From positions 2,016,001 through 2,080,000 of the forward strand of contig CAXXTB010000002.1 of the NCBI GenBank assembly GCA_963676795.2: 64,000 bases of DNA, written 5' to 3'. This document shows, piece by piece, positions 27,594 to 39,300 of the stretch. Within the stretch, counting starts at the first letter, position 1; every line of letters begins with the position of its first letter. The DNA is from Geopsychrobacteraceae bacterium (lineage in GTDB: Bacteria > Desulfobacterota > Desulfuromonadia > Desulfuromonadales > Geopsychrobacteraceae). The position numbers and the translations under genes were made by a program. The notes under the pieces were generated by a model, which saw nothing but the letters and a program-made list of their open reading frames with translations, did no database searches and had not been told where the DNA came from.

Positions 27594-28973
27594 TCAGGAC
27601 AGATCATCATTGATACCAAGCTTATCCAAGCGGTAACGGATGGACCTGAAGCTTATCCCCAACAATTCTGCAGCCTGTTTGCGCACACCCCCCGATTTTT
27701 CTAGTGCTTTCAGGAGCATCGTTCTTTCTATGTCCTCCAACCATTCCTCAAGATTAAATTTATCGGGAATTTCCAACAGCATCTCCGTACTTTGCGATGA
27801 CGAATTTTTCAAATGAGCAGGAAGCGTCTCCAAAGTCATCCGCCCGTCCTCATCAAGAACAACACTGCGCTCGACAAGGTTTTCCAGCTCCCTGATATTC
27901 CCCGGCCAACCATAATTGTACAACCTTTCCAGCACAGACTTATCCAAATGATACTCAGTGCTGCCGGTCAAGCGCTGATAGAAATTTTCCATCAATAACG
28001 GGATATCTTCAAGCCGATGACGAAGAGGTGGCAACTCCATCGAAACAACATTCAAACGGTAATAAAGATCCTCACGGAAAGTACCACGCTTGACCATATT
28101 TTCCAGATTCTGATTCGTTGCTGCAACCAAACGGATGTCGAGTGGAATATTGGTGGTTCCTCCAACGCGACGAAATTCCCGCTCCTGCAAAACCCTGAGA
28201 AGCTTCACCTGCATCCCCATCGGCAATTCGCCAACTTCGTCCAGAAAAAGGGTACCCTTATCGGCAGATTCAAAAAGGCCCTCCTTACGCTTTTCCGCTC
28301 CAGTAAAGGCTCCCTTTTCATGCCCAAAAAGTTCACTCTCGAGTAAATTTTCCGGAATAGCACCACAATTGATAGGAACAAAGGGTTTATCTTTTCTTGG
28401 GCTATTCTGATGGATCGCTTTTGCGACAACCTCTTTACCTGTGCCACTCTCACCAGTAATGAGGACATTGGCCTGACTTGGAGCAACACGCTCAAGAAGA
28501 GAAATCACCTTCATCATAGACGGGCTTTTACCGATAAGACACTGAAATGAAAATCTTTGGCCAAGCTGCTGCTTAAGTTGCCGGTTTTCTTCTTTTAAAG
28601 CTTTCCGTTCCAGAGCATTTTTGACAACTACACGGATCTCATCATTTTTAAAAGGCTTGGTTATGTAGTCATACGCACCAAGCTTCATCGCTTCAACCGC
28701 TTCTTCCATCGAAGAAAAAGCCGTTAACATAACCACCGCAACCTCGTGCTCCTGCTCACGAAGTTGCTTGAGCAACTCAAGCCCCCCCATGACAGGCATG
28801 CGCATATCGGTGATAACCAGATCGAAACTGCCCTCCGATATTCGCTCGAGGGCATCTACTCCGTTTTTTGCCTGATGAACCTGATATCCTTCGCGTTGCA
28901 GCAAAATTGCCAGCATATCGCGCAAACTGGATTCATCATCAACGATCAGGATCTTAATATCAGAAACAGCCAT
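27594..28973 (-). CDS. pilR: Sigma54-dependent response regulator
   Basis: REC domain, GESGTGKE, GAFTGA, Fis-type HTH (LGISFRSIRYRL). Confidence 0.93.
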   Translation of the reverse strand: MAVSDIKILIVDDESSLRDMLAILLQREGYQVHQAKNGVDALERISEGSFDLVITDMRMPVMGGLELLKQLREQEHEVAVVMLTAFSSMEEAVEAMKLGAYDYITKPFKNDEIRVVVKNALERKALKEENRQLKQQLGQRFSFQCLIGKSPSMMKVISLLERVAPSQANVLITGESGTGKEVVAKAIHQNSPRKDKPFVPINCGAIPENLLESELFGHEKGAFTGAEKRKEGLFESADKGTLFLDEVGELPMGMQVKLLRVLQEREFRRVGGTTNIPLDIRLVAATNQNLENMVKRGTFREDLYYRLNVVSMELPPLRHRLEDIPLLMENFYQRLTGSTEYHLDKSVLERLYNYGWPGNIRELENLVERSVVLDEDGRMTLETLPAHLKNSSSQSTEMLLEIPDKFNLEEWLEDIERTMLLKALEKSGGVRKQAAELLGISFRSIRYRLDKLGINDDLS

Positions 28974-28975
28974 CC

Positions 28976-30601
28976 CTATCCCTCATGACCAAACTGGAGT
29001 TCAAAGCGGGCCCCCCCAAGTGAACCTCTGGAAATCCTCAAGCACCCCTGATGAGCTTCCATGACAGAGTAAACCGAAGCCAGACCAAGTCCCGCTCCCT
29101 GCTCCTTGGTTGAGAAAAAAGGTTCAAAGATTTTAGCTTCTACGTCCTCAACAACCCCAGGCCCGCTATCTTCGACAAAAATATAGTTTGTGCCCTCAGC
29201 GCAGGCGCTGATGCGGATAAATCCATGACCGTCGAGCGCCTCCGCTGCATTGATCGCTAAATCCCAAAGCGACTGAACTATCAAGGCACGATCCAAATGG
29301 ATCGTACAATCGGCCGGGATATCAACCCTAATCTCTACACCGCTGAAGCGGCTATCGGCCTTTAGCATAAGAACGAGATCCTGAACCATCTCACAAACAT
29401 TCACCGGTAACTTTGATATCGGTTTTGGCCGGGCAAAATTTAAAAAATTGGTAATCAAAGCGTTTAACCGTTCCGCCTCTTTGACCACAATCTTCATGAT
29501 CCGCTGATCTTCCTGCTTTACACCATCTCCTTCAAGCAACAACTGAACCGCGCCACTGATTGAGGCCAGAGGGTTCCTTATTTCATGGGCGATTCCGGCG
29601 GAAAGCCGACCAATCGCAGCCAGCCGGTCAGCCCTCTTTAATTCTTCTTCGGTCTGTTTTATCTGAGTCAAATCCTGAAAAGTGACAAGAACCCCAAGGT
29701 ATTCTCCTTGACCGCCCTTCACTGGCGTTATCGTATATCCCAATATCAGGTTTTCACCCGACTTGCGAACCTGAGAAAACTCCGACCGACTCAGCAGTTT
29801 CGCTTCGGGATCAAAATCGACTTCGAAGTCAGAAAAAAAAATCCGGTAATTATGGCCAAGAACTTCACCGGATGAAAATCCAGTAATTTCACTTGCAGAG
29901 CGATTAAACGAAAGCACCTTTCCATCTGGGCTCAGTAACATCAGACCACTCGGAATCTGGAACAGAATGGCCCTGTTTAGCTTCTCCAGTTCTTCATAAT
30001 CGATATTTTTCTTCAGTAACTGCCTCTCGCTGAAACGCCAACGCTCAGCCAACGTGCCGCTAAGTAGAGCCGTTAGCAGAAAAGCAAAAGCATGTACAAA
30101 GAGAGTTGAAAGATAAGTCGATGCTGCAGCATTTCCTCGACCAAGATCGATAAAATCCAGATAGCCGAAATACTGCAGATCCAGAGTGCCGCCCAAAAGG
30201 ATTATGGCACACAGGGAAGAGAGAATTGTCAAGCGCCGCGACAGTAAAAAACTCGCCGCTACAATGACCAGAAGGTAGGAAAACGGGAATACGCTGTCGA
30301 TCCCACCGGAAAGCAGCAGCAGCGCAGTCACAAAAAGCAGGTCCCAAACAATTTGAACTTGCGAGAACAGGTATCTGTTCGAGACAGACTGAAGAAGAAG
30401 CGATGAAACAATTGCCTGCAGGTAAGCAACAACAATCAGAATCAGGAGAGGTACGATGCTTGTCTGTGCTTCTTCACCCTGGAAATGCAAAAAAGCCGCA
30501 CCACCGAGCAGAAACGTAACAACCGCGGTCCGACAGATTAAATACCATGTCAGGCTGCGGCTGCTATCAGCAAATTGACCTTTAAAATCAGCTCTCGTCA
30601 A
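28976..30601 (-). CDS. pilS: Sensor histidine kinase
   Basis: Six TM helices, PAS domain, AHEIRNPL, GAGLGL. Confidence 0.9.
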   Translation of the reverse strand: MTRADFKGQFADSSRSLTWYLICRTAVVTFLLGGAAFLHFQGEEAQTSIVPLLILIVVAYLQAIVSSLLLQSVSNRYLFSQVQIVWDLLFVTALLLLSGGIDSVFPFSYLLVIVAASFLLSRRLTILSSLCAIILLGGTLDLQYFGYLDFIDLGRGNAAASTYLSTLFVHAFAFLLTALLSGTLAERWRFSERQLLKKNIDYEELEKLNRAILFQIPSGLMLLSPDGKVLSFNRSASEITGFSSGEVLGHNYRIFFSDFEVDFDPEAKLLSRSEFSQVRKSGENLILGYTITPVKGGQGEYLGVLVTFQDLTQIKQTEEELKRADRLAAIGRLSAGIAHEIRNPLASISGAVQLLLEGDGVKQEDQRIMKIVVKEAERLNALITNFLNFARPKPISKLPVNVCEMVQDLVLMLKADSRFSGVEIRVDIPADCTIHLDRALIVQSLWDLAINAAEALDGHGFIRISACAEGTNYIFVEDSGPGVVEDVEAKIFEPFFSTKEQGAGLGLASVYSVMEAHQGCLRISRGSLGGARFELQFGHEG

Positions 30602-30606
30602 AACCC

Positions 30607-31821
30607 TTAACCACCGACAGTCCCCGCCAATTTGAAAATCGGCAGATACATTGCGATGACAAGACCGCCGACCGTCGTTCCCAGGAAGAGCATCAATAGC
30701 GGCTCCATCATCGAGGTCAGGGCATTAACCGATTCATCAACTTCCTCATCATAAAAGTCGGCTATCTTTGACAGCATGGTATCGAGCGCACCCGATTGCT
30801 CACCAACCTCGATCATCTGGCAGACCATTGGCGGAAAGACACCTGATGCTTTAAGAGGCTCCGCGATTGTCTTGCCCTCACTGATACTCTGCCTGACATT
30901 CGCAATTGCCTTTTCGATGGTTTTATTCCCAGCCGTCTTGCGTACGATGTCAAGACCGTCAAGAATTGGCACGCCACTTGAAATCATCGTCGACATCGTT
31001 CGTGAAAACTTTGCGACGGCGACCTTCCTGATCAGAATACCAAAAATTGGAAGCTTCAAAGCCCAGTGATCAAAAGTCGTACGCCCTTTTTCCGTTCTGT
31101 ATATTTTCTTCAAAACAAAAACCAGTACGGCAATAGCGACGATGATGAGGATAAAATAGTCCTGCACGAAATTACTCAGATTGATAACAATCTGAGTCGG
31201 GGCAGGCAATGCACCACCAAAATCAGCAAACATTTTTTCAAAGGCCGGAATAACGAAAATCAGAATAACAGCAATGACAACCAGAGCGATGCCTACGATT
31301 GTCGCCGGATAGGTCATTGCACTTTTGACCTTTTTGCGCAGGGCCTGAGCCTTCTCGATATATGCGGCCAGGCGGTTCAAAATCGTATCCAGAATACCGC
31401 CGACCTCACCTGCAGCCACCAAGTTGACATACAGGTCATTGAAGGCCTTGGGGTGTTTTTTCAAGGCATCTGCAAAGGTTGAGCCCGACTCAACATCAGC
31501 TTTGACTTGAGTCAGAACTTCCTTGAAGGTCACATTATCCTGCTGAGTTGCCAGGATATCAAGACACTGAACCAACGGCAGACCAGCGTCAATCATCGTC
31601 GCAAACTGTCGGGTAAATACGACAATATCTTTCAACTTGATTTTAGGCTTCAAGAACTTGATATTGATTTCGGCGTTCAGCCCCGACTTAGCCTTTATCT
31701 TATTAGCCTGGATACCTTGCCGGCGCAAGGTTGCGGTTACTGCCGATTCACTGGCGGCATCCATTGTTCCTTTAACCGATTTCCCATCACGTGCGCGTCC
31801 GGCCCAAGTAAATGTTGGCAT
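30607..31821 (-). CDS. pilC: Inner-membrane platform protein
   Basis: FTRQFATMIDAGLP, KSAMTYP, MYLPIF. Confidence 0.96.
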   Translation of the reverse strand: MPTFTWAGRARDGKSVKGTMDAASESAVTATLRRQGIQANKIKAKSGLNAEINIKFLKPKIKLKDIVVFTRQFATMIDAGLPLVQCLDILATQQDNVTFKEVLTQVKADVESGSTFADALKKHPKAFNDLYVNLVAAGEVGGILDTILNRLAAYIEKAQALRKKVKSAMTYPATIVGIALVVIAVILIFVIPAFEKMFADFGGALPAPTQIVINLSNFVQDYFILIIVAIAVLVFVLKKIYRTEKGRTTFDHWALKLPIFGILIRKVAVAKFSRTMSTMISSGVPILDGLDIVRKTAGNKTIEKAIANVRQSISEGKTIAEPLKASGVFPPMVCQMIEVGEQSGALDTMLSKIADFYDEEVDESVNALTSMMEPLLMLFLGTTVGGLVIAMYLPIFKLAGTVGG

Positions 31822-31860
31822 GAGAAAAACCTTTCTTTATCATTTAACGTGAGTAAAAAA

Positions 31861-32973
31861 TTACATTCTACTCCCAGGATTAATTGCCCTTTGCCGGCTC
31901 AAGACAGAGGCCGGATTGGCAAACATCTGACGCAGCTCGTCCAGATCCTGTGAGCGCGCCATCGCGTCGTCCTGTGAAATTTGATGGCTGTGGGCCAGCA
32001 AAAACAATGACTGGTTCAGCGTCTGCATCCCAAACTTATCCTGGCCAATCTGCATCTGCGAATAAATCTGATGGATCTTGTCTTCGCGGATCAGGTTGCG
32101 GATGGCCGGGTTCGGCACCATGACCTCCAGGGCCATGCAGCGTCCCTTACCATTGGCTTTAGGAATCAGGGTTTGAGAAAGAACACCCTCAAGGACAAAC
32201 GAAAGCTGGGTTCTCACCTGTGATTGTTGAGTGGTCGGAAAAACGTCTATAATCCGGTTCATGGTCTGCACACAGGAATTAGTATGAAGAGTCGCAAAAC
32301 AGAGATGCCCCGTCTCAGCAATAGTCAAAGCAGCCTCAATCGTCTCAATATCACGAAGCTCACCAAGCAAGACAACATCCGGGTCCTGGCGCAAAATGTA
32401 TTTCAGCGCTTTTTTAAAGGAGTTGGTATCGGCGCCGACCTCACGCTGGTTGACCAGACACTTCTTATGGGGATGCAGATATTCGATCGGGTCTTCTACG
32501 GTGATGATATGTTCGTAGCGGGTGGAGTTGATGGCATCGATAATAGCAGCCAGGGTCGTTGATTTACCACTACCGGTTGGCCCAGTCACCAGAACCAGAC
32601 CTCTTGGTTTCTTTGCAAGGGAAGCGACGACAGGTGGCAGCCCCAACTGTTCGAAACTCCTGATTTCAAAGGGAATCGCCCGGAAAACACCAGCCGCAGC
32701 GCCGCGCTGAACAAAGACGTTACCCCTAAAACGCGACAAACCCTTTACTCCAAAGGACAAGTCCAGCTCATTTTCTTCTTCAAATTTGCGTTTCTGAGCA
32801 TCGGTCAACACGCTATAACAAAGCTGTTTTGTTTCGGCCGCAGTCAGGTTCGTACCTTGAAGGACAGTCATTTTACCGTCGATCCGGATCTGCGGTGGCG
32901 AACCTGTCGAGATATGTAAATCTGATGCCCCCTGCTCAATCATGGTTTTAAGCAATTGATGCATATTGGCCAT
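31861..32973 (-). CDS. pilT: Retraction ATPase
   Basis: GPTGSGKSTT, AETGHL, AIRNLIRE; ATG at 32973 preferred. Confidence 0.96.
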   Translation of the reverse strand: MANMHQLLKTMIEQGASDLHISTGSPPQIRIDGKMTVLQGTNLTAAETKQLCYSVLTDAQKRKFEEENELDLSFGVKGLSRFRGNVFVQRGAAAGVFRAIPFEIRSFEQLGLPPVVASLAKKPRGLVLVTGPTGSGKSTTLAAIIDAINSTRYEHIITVEDPIEYLHPHKKCLVNQREVGADTNSFKKALKYILRQDPDVVLLGELRDIETIEAALTIAETGHLCFATLHTNSCVQTMNRIIDVFPTTQQSQVRTQLSFVLEGVLSQTLIPKANGKGRCMALEVMVPNPAIRNLIREDKIHQIYSQMQIGQDKFGMQTLNQSLFLLAHSHQISQDDAMARSQDLDELRQMFANPASVLSRQRAINPGSRM

Positions 32974-33008
32974 AGTCTTTTCCTTATCTATCAATCATCA
33001 AATAACAG

Positions 33009-34712
33009 TTAATCATCAGATACGGTTACCCGCAACACCTCTTCCAGCGTCGTCACCCCTTCTGCCATCTTTGTCAAAGCTGCCTGACGCATGGTTTTAA
33101 CACCAAGGCGCATCGATTCCTGCTTCAACTCTGCGGTGTTCGCTCCGGAAAGAACCATTTCACGCAAATCCTCGAACATCGGCATAACCTGATAAAAACC
33201 GACACGTCCCTTATAACCGGTATCATTACAGGTTGCACAACCTCGTCCTTTGTAAGGGACAAATTTACCGATTTCAGACTCGGAGATACCCGCAGACAGA
33301 AGTGCCTCTTTCGTCAGGTTATCCGGCTCTTTGCATTCGCTGCAGACCCGACGTCCAAGACGCTGCGCAGAAATCAGGTTGACCGCAGATGCGACGAGGA
33401 AGGGCTCGATCCCCATATTCAGCAAACGGTTGATGGTACTCGGCGCGTCATTGGTGTGAAGGGTCGAAAGAACCAAGTGACCTGTCAGAGCGGCCTTGAC
33501 ACCGATCTCCGCCGTCTCGAAATCACGGATCTCGCCGATCATGATGATATCAGGATCCTGGCGCAGAAAGGCACGCAGTGCCGCAGCGAAATTCAGACCG
33601 ATCTCTTCATGCATCTGTACCTGATTGATCCCGGCAAAGTTGAACTCGACAGGATCCTCTGCCGTGGAAATATTTTCCGACACTTTATTGAGCTCAGACA
33701 ACGCGGAATAGAGCGAAACGGTCTTACCGCTACCAGTCGGCCCAGTAACCAGAACCATCCCAAAAGGCTTATGAATCTCTTTTTTGAACCACTCGAGGGC
33801 CTGTTCTTCATAACCAAGTTTGGTCATATCGAGCTGCAGATTGCTCTTATCCAGCAAACGCAGAACAACCTTTTCACCGAACAGAGTTGGCAGGCAATTG
33901 ACCCGGTAATCCATCTCCTTGCCACGACCAAGCTTGATTTTGATCCGGCCATCCTGGGGAAGGCGGCGCTCTGCGATATCAAGCGAGGCCATGATCTTGA
34001 TACGGGAGGTGATGGCGTTCTTCAATTTCTTCGGTGGCTTCATGACCTCATAAAGAACACCGTCGATACGATACCTGACACGGAACAGATGCTCATAGGG
34101 TTCGATATGAATATCCGAGGCCTTCTTGTTGATGGCATCGGTCAGAATCAGATTAACCAACTTGACGACCGGGGCATCTTCACTGGCCTTCTCAAGCGTG
34201 TTGACGTCTTCCAGGTCAAAGTCTTCAACAAGCTCAAGATCATCCAGATCCTCAAGGCCGGCCAGCGTCTCCGCCATTGTCGAACTCTGATCATAGAGAC
34301 GATCGATCGCATCTTTGATTGCAGCTTCTGCTGCGACAACAACTTCAACGTTGAAGCCCGTCATAAACTTGATGTCATCTATCGCGAAAATATTTGACGG
34401 GTCAGCCATAGCCACAATCAAGGTGGCCCCGGCACGGTTGATAGGAACAAGCTGGTATTTTTGGGCAACTTCAGAAGGAATCAGTGAAACGACAGCGGGA
34501 TCGACATCGAACTCAGAAAGGTCTACAGACGGCACACCATAGTGCTTGGAAAGAAAAGAGGCAAGATCATGTTCTTCGACAAAACCCAGCTTTATAAGCG
34601 CAGCGCCCAGCCGGATCCCCTCTCTCTTCTGTTCTGAAATAGCCTGCGATAATTGGTCATCAGAAATCAGCTGATTTCTGACCAGCAGCTCACCAAGCCG
34701 ATTAACACTCAT
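33009..34712 (-). CDS. pilB: Extension ATPase
   Basis: RLGELL (MshEN-like), GPTGSGKT, RQDPD, two CxxC; ATG at 34712 preferred. Confidence 0.96.
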   Translation of the reverse strand: MSVNRLGELLVRNQLISDDQLSQAISEQKREGIRLGAALIKLGFVEEHDLASFLSKHYGVPSVDLSEFDVDPAVVSLIPSEVAQKYQLVPINRAGATLIVAMADPSNIFAIDDIKFMTGFNVEVVVAAEAAIKDAIDRLYDQSSTMAETLAGLEDLDDLELVEDFDLEDVNTLEKASEDAPVVKLVNLILTDAINKKASDIHIEPYEHLFRVRYRIDGVLYEVMKPPKKLKNAITSRIKIMASLDIAERRLPQDGRIKIKLGRGKEMDYRVNCLPTLFGEKVVLRLLDKSNLQLDMTKLGYEEQALEWFKKEIHKPFGMVLVTGPTGSGKTVSLYSALSELNKVSENISTAEDPVEFNFAGINQVQMHEEIGLNFAAALRAFLRQDPDIIMIGEIRDFETAEIGVKAALTGHLVLSTLHTNDAPSTINRLLNMGIEPFLVASAVNLISAQRLGRRVCSECKEPDNLTKEALLSAGISESEIGKFVPYKGRGCATCNDTGYKGRVGFYQVMPMFEDLREMVLSGANTAELKQESMRLGVKTMRQAALTKMAEGVTTLEEVLRVTVSDD

Positions 34713-34920
34713 GCAATCTGGCACCTTTCCACATAAATTTCAATTAAGTTGATTTGGGCAGACATTCAGATGTTTTTACCGCCAAAACCCTTGTCATTTT
34801 TAATAAATTTAATCCCAGTTAACGAATATAACATAAGAAATAACTCAGTTCCAGAATTAAAACATGCCAATACAAATAAAGACAACGGATTCATTCATAA
34901 AACACACGCTGATAAGCAGC

Positions 34921-35859
34921 TCAACCTGTCCGCCGATGATGAGCCAATATTGCTCTCGATTTTTCAACATCACTGCGGATAGCATCAGCCAGAGAACTCA
35001 GATTTTCGAACTTCTTTTCATCCCTGATACGCTCGACAAAATGCACCCGCAATCGCCTGCCATACAGGTTACCGGAAAAATCCAGAAAATGAACCTCAAT
35101 GGAGGGCGCATTCTCGCCAAAGGTAGGCCGGACTCCGAGACTGGCAACACCATCGTAACAACCATCAGCATACTCAATCTGCACGGCGTAGACGCCTGCG
35201 GCAGGAAGCAGTTCTTTTTCTGTCTCTATATTTGCAGTCGGATAACCGAGCTGTCGTCCTCGCCGGTCGCCAGGAACAACAATTCCTTCAAGGCTGAAAT
35301 ACCTGCCAAGCAAATCGGTAACAGCCGACACATGACCTGCCGTAACAAGCTTTCGAATATTCGTGGAGCTATAAAGAATCTCACCAGAACGGACAGGCGC
35401 CATAACTTCCACCTCAAAACCAGACTGCCTGCCAAAGCTTTGCAGAAACTCTACTGTCCCACTACGCTTATGGCCAAAAGCATAGTCGTAACCAACGACG
35501 ACAGCTTTGACCTGCAGAGTCTTGATCAAAATATTAGCAACAAATTCATCCGGAGAAATGGACGAAAATTCGGAAGTGAATGGCTCTTCGACAAGAAGAT
35601 CTATACCAGACTGGCTTATCAACTGCCTTTTTTCTGCAGCAGTATTGATCAACAAAGGAGCCCTTTCTGGCGCCAACAACTTCAAAGGATGTGGCTCGAA
35701 GGTAAAGACGGCCGAACTCGCATTGAGGCGCTCTGCCGCTTGTATCACTTTTTGAAATAACGCCCTGTGACCTAGATGAACACCATCGAAGTTACCTAAA
35801 GTGACAACTGTAGGACCCAGATTGGCTTTAACAAAAGACGATAAATTTAATGTTTTCAT
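34921..35859 (-). CDS. ribF: Riboflavin kinase/FAD synthetase
   Basis: GNFDGVHLGH, GYPTAN, GVRPTF. Confidence 0.96.
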   Translation of the reverse strand: MKTLNLSSFVKANLGPTVVTLGNFDGVHLGHRALFQKVIQAAERLNASSAVFTFEPHPLKLLAPERAPLLINTAAEKRQLISQSGIDLLVEEPFTSEFSSISPDEFVANILIKTLQVKAVVVGYDYAFGHKRSGTVEFLQSFGRQSGFEVEVMAPVRSGEILYSSTNIRKLVTAGHVSAVTDLLGRYFSLEGIVVPGDRRGRQLGYPTANIETEKELLPAAGVYAVQIEYADGCYDGVASLGVRPTFGENAPSIEVHFLDFSGNLYGRRLRVHFVERIRDEKKFENLSSLADAIRSDVEKSRAILAHHRRTG

Positions 35860-35903
35860 AAAATCCGCTCAATATTGAGGACTCCCAAGATACCCCACTA
35901 TAC

Positions 35904-35934
35904 AAAAAAGCCTGCTGGTCTGCCAGCAGGCTTT
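35904..35934 (-). terminator. Terminator after pilE
   Basis: AAAGCCTGCTGG-N4-CCAGCAGGCTTTTTT. Confidence 0.85.
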
Positions 35935-35955
35935 AAAGATTGAGCACCAATATTT

Positions 35956-36387
35956 TCACCAGCAATCGGTCGGTTGTTTTCGCCCCAGGCTGTCGATGCT
36001 CAATGTTCCACAGTGATCATCTGCCTGAGATCCATTCGGCACCGCCTGAATAATGTATTCGACTGGAGCCGTGTATGCGGTGGCACTATCATTTTCTCCG
36101 CCGGCCTTCGCTTCGACAAAACTTAGCGAATAACGTCCACCTGCAGTCGTCGTTTTCGACAAAACAGCATCTTCGTAGTTATCATTACGCGACGCATAGC
36201 GCTCGATTAGACGGACCTCTTCAAGCAGATCCGCTTTCGCATCAGCACGAAATGATTGTCGGTAATAACGGCCATAGATCGGCACCGCAACAGCAGCAAT
36301 GATACCAATTATCGCCACAACAATAACAAGCTCAATCAAAGTAAAACCATTACGATCATTTAAAGAATTCATCATCTTTCCAAACAT
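35956..36387 (-). CDS. pilE: Minor pilin PilE-like
   Basis: NG|FTLIE, RADAKADL, CGTLSIDSLG...CW. Confidence 0.85.
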   Translation of the reverse strand: MFGKMMNSLNDRNGFTLIELVIVVAIIGIIAAVAVPIYGRYYRQSFRADAKADLLEEVRLIERYASRNDNYEDAVLSKTTTAGGRYSLSFVEAKAGGENDSATAYTAPVEYIIQAVPNGSQADDHCGTLSIDSLGRKQPTDCW

Positions 36388-36399
36388 GAGAGCAATAGA

Positions 36400-39300
36400 T
36401 TAGCGCAGCTGTCGCCATGAGCCGCGACCGGAAGATTCACCGGAACCTCTAATCTGGTCATCATTAAAACCATCAGGATCAGTTCCTGTCGTCAACAGGT
36501 GCAGCGTATCACCAGCAGAAACGACAGCCGGAGTGGAAATAATCCCGGAATCGGACTTGACACTACTGACAGTGAAGGCCGTTCCAGAATCGGTGACCTG
36601 ATCGCCCGCATCGTAAGACCCATCGCCATTGACATCAAAGACACTATAGCCAAGAGCTCCGCCAGTGTCAGGATCAACAACCATGGTCCAGCTGTCGCCG
36701 CCAAAAGCGCATACATCATCGCTAGGGATCAGTGTGACATAAATCAGATAACCGGAATAAACTTGGGCCCGCTCAACAACCCTCTCCCCTGCCGCAACAT
36801 TGCTTGGAGGAACCAGGTCGAGATACCAGCCACGGTCTTGGTTATTGGAATAATCGACCGCGTTATCAGACAGCGCCCTGACCTCAGCGCCGGAAGCCGT
36901 CGTAGCCTGAAGATTTATGGTCTGCTCGACCAATGCAAATTTGGAATCAGAACGATCATATTCACGAGCATCAAATTCCGTTCCATCGTCATAAATACCA
37001 TACATGGTCTGAACATCAGCAGGGCTGCCAACGATATTGTCCCCGGTTGCGTAATACTTCCCGGTCCCGAAATAGACCATGACATCGTCTGTATCAGCAT
37101 TTGTCCCTGCAGCAACACTGATCTCAGGACGGGCGGTAATCGGCTGTACATTGCCGGAGTCGTCTTGAGCAATGAAGAGTGGAGTTGTTGCGCCATAGGC
37201 AGATTCCCAATTCGATGCGCTGGCGTCTGTAACGTCAAACTTCCACATATTGCCCTGCAGATCACCGGCGTAGATGTAATCGACGACGGAATCCTTCAAG
37301 CCACCGTCATAATCGATCGGAGCCACGCCCGACAGGCCATTACTCGCTCCGCCAACGTCGATCGAGGCAACCAGAGAGCCGTCAGTCAGATCGGCAACAT
37401 AGAGAACAGCTTTGCCGCTGGCACCTTCATAGCCGTTACCGAACACGGCACAGAAGTCACCGTTGGCCATCCGCACAATGAACGGCTGATCGAGAATGTA
37501 GCCAAGTTCCCCGTAGCCAGTGGTTGCCGGGGTGATCTCCCACAACACATCTGAGGCGGAAAAATTGTCTGGATCAGTCACACGCAGGGCATAAACGCCC
37601 TTACCGCCAGCACCAAGACTACCGACCAGAATAGTCTCCCATTCTTTAGTCCCGTCACTGTCCAGATCGACATAGGCGTCGGTCGCCCGAGGGGGACCGT
37701 CGACAAAATAGGTATGGTCATAATCCGGCGAGGTCAGTTCGCTGAGTTTGCTGTAGACACTGTTCGGCACATAGGCAAACAGCTCCTTGCCTCCATAAAG
37801 ACTATTGGCAGTATCTCTTTTCCCTGCATCGAAGGCGTGCAGCATGCCGTCATTAGCGCCAACATAGAGAACTTCGCTTCGGTTCAGATAATCGCTGGTC
37901 GAACGATAGGTCACATACTCGTTTCCTTCCGTACAGTCAGTCCCCGTACAGAGATTGGCATAACCGTAGTTCTGTGATCCGGCATACCATGGATCAGAGT
38001 TAATAATATCCCCCAGCAAGGAGTTACGGTTCCTGAAGGTGCCACCATTATCCTCCTCCAGACTGATGCTACCGCGCAGGTAGGCGACCCGCTCTGCTCC
38101 CAGCCCATCATTTACACTATTGATATCCGTATTCAATACCAATTGCTGAGCTGTATCCAGGTTAGCCCAGACAAAGGCTTTTCCCGTATAGGCCGAGATG
38201 CCGGAATCATAGCTATAGGTATAGATTTTACGATCACCGACCGGGCTGGCCATATTGGTCAACAGGTCACCCGCGTACCATTCCGCGGGATCGAGAGTTC
38301 CGTCGTAATTCAGCGGATAAGCGGTCAACTCACCAGCCCAGGTCTCGGTATTGAAAGTCGCCAGATAGACGAAGGAATCGGTATTCAAACGGGTCGAGTT
38401 GGTGGCAACAGAGGCAGCCGATGTCTGAACCCCGACAATCTCATCAAAGGCCCTGGACAGCTGATCGGACAGGGTCAGGGCATTGGTGACCAGGAAGTAG
38501 TTATCAGGGTCGCCGTCTCCATCCTTATCGTACTCGACGCTGTCTGGCAGGTTATTCTCCGTGGCTCCGGTCACAGTCTCGTCGAACAAGCCATACTTGG
38601 CAGCGTACCACAAAGGATTTTTCAAAAAAGAAGCCGAAGAACTGCTACTGGATGGGGTAAAGGTGCGCGAAGCGGTCAACCCCAGGTAATCCCCGGCGAC
38701 CACCGGTGTATCCAGAGGATAATGGATATCACTACCACCGACATCCTTGACCTCGAGATAGACACCATCTGCCGTTGTACCACTGATGACATACCCCATA
38801 TGCTGATCAATCCCACCCGCAGCATAGGTGGATACAACATCGATCGTCACTGTGTCGTCGCTGACATCGCTGGTACCGTTATCATTCACCGTATAGGTAT
38901 ATTTGGCGATCGCATCCATGTCATGGTCCGCCCCCTGCTCGACATCCTCAAAGTTGATACTGAAGGTCCCCGATGTCGCGGTCAGTGATTCGACATAATA
39001 ATCGACAATACTGTTGGTCGGAGCGTAGACATTATAATCAACGCCATCACCACTGACCGACTTGGCAAAAGGCACGACGGTCACTGTTGTCCCGGCCACC
39101 GAGATTTTGATCTCCGGCAGAGGTGAAGCCAGAGCCACGGCGAAGGTACTCACCGTCTGATCGTCATCGGCGGCATTCAGGTCATTCATCAAACCGTAAT
39201 AGGCGACGCTGGCCGGATAGTAACTCCCCTGCTTGGTCGGTTCCTCAGGAGCCAGACCACGGATATTGCCGAAGCTGGTCACTGTTTTGGCTGTCGGAGC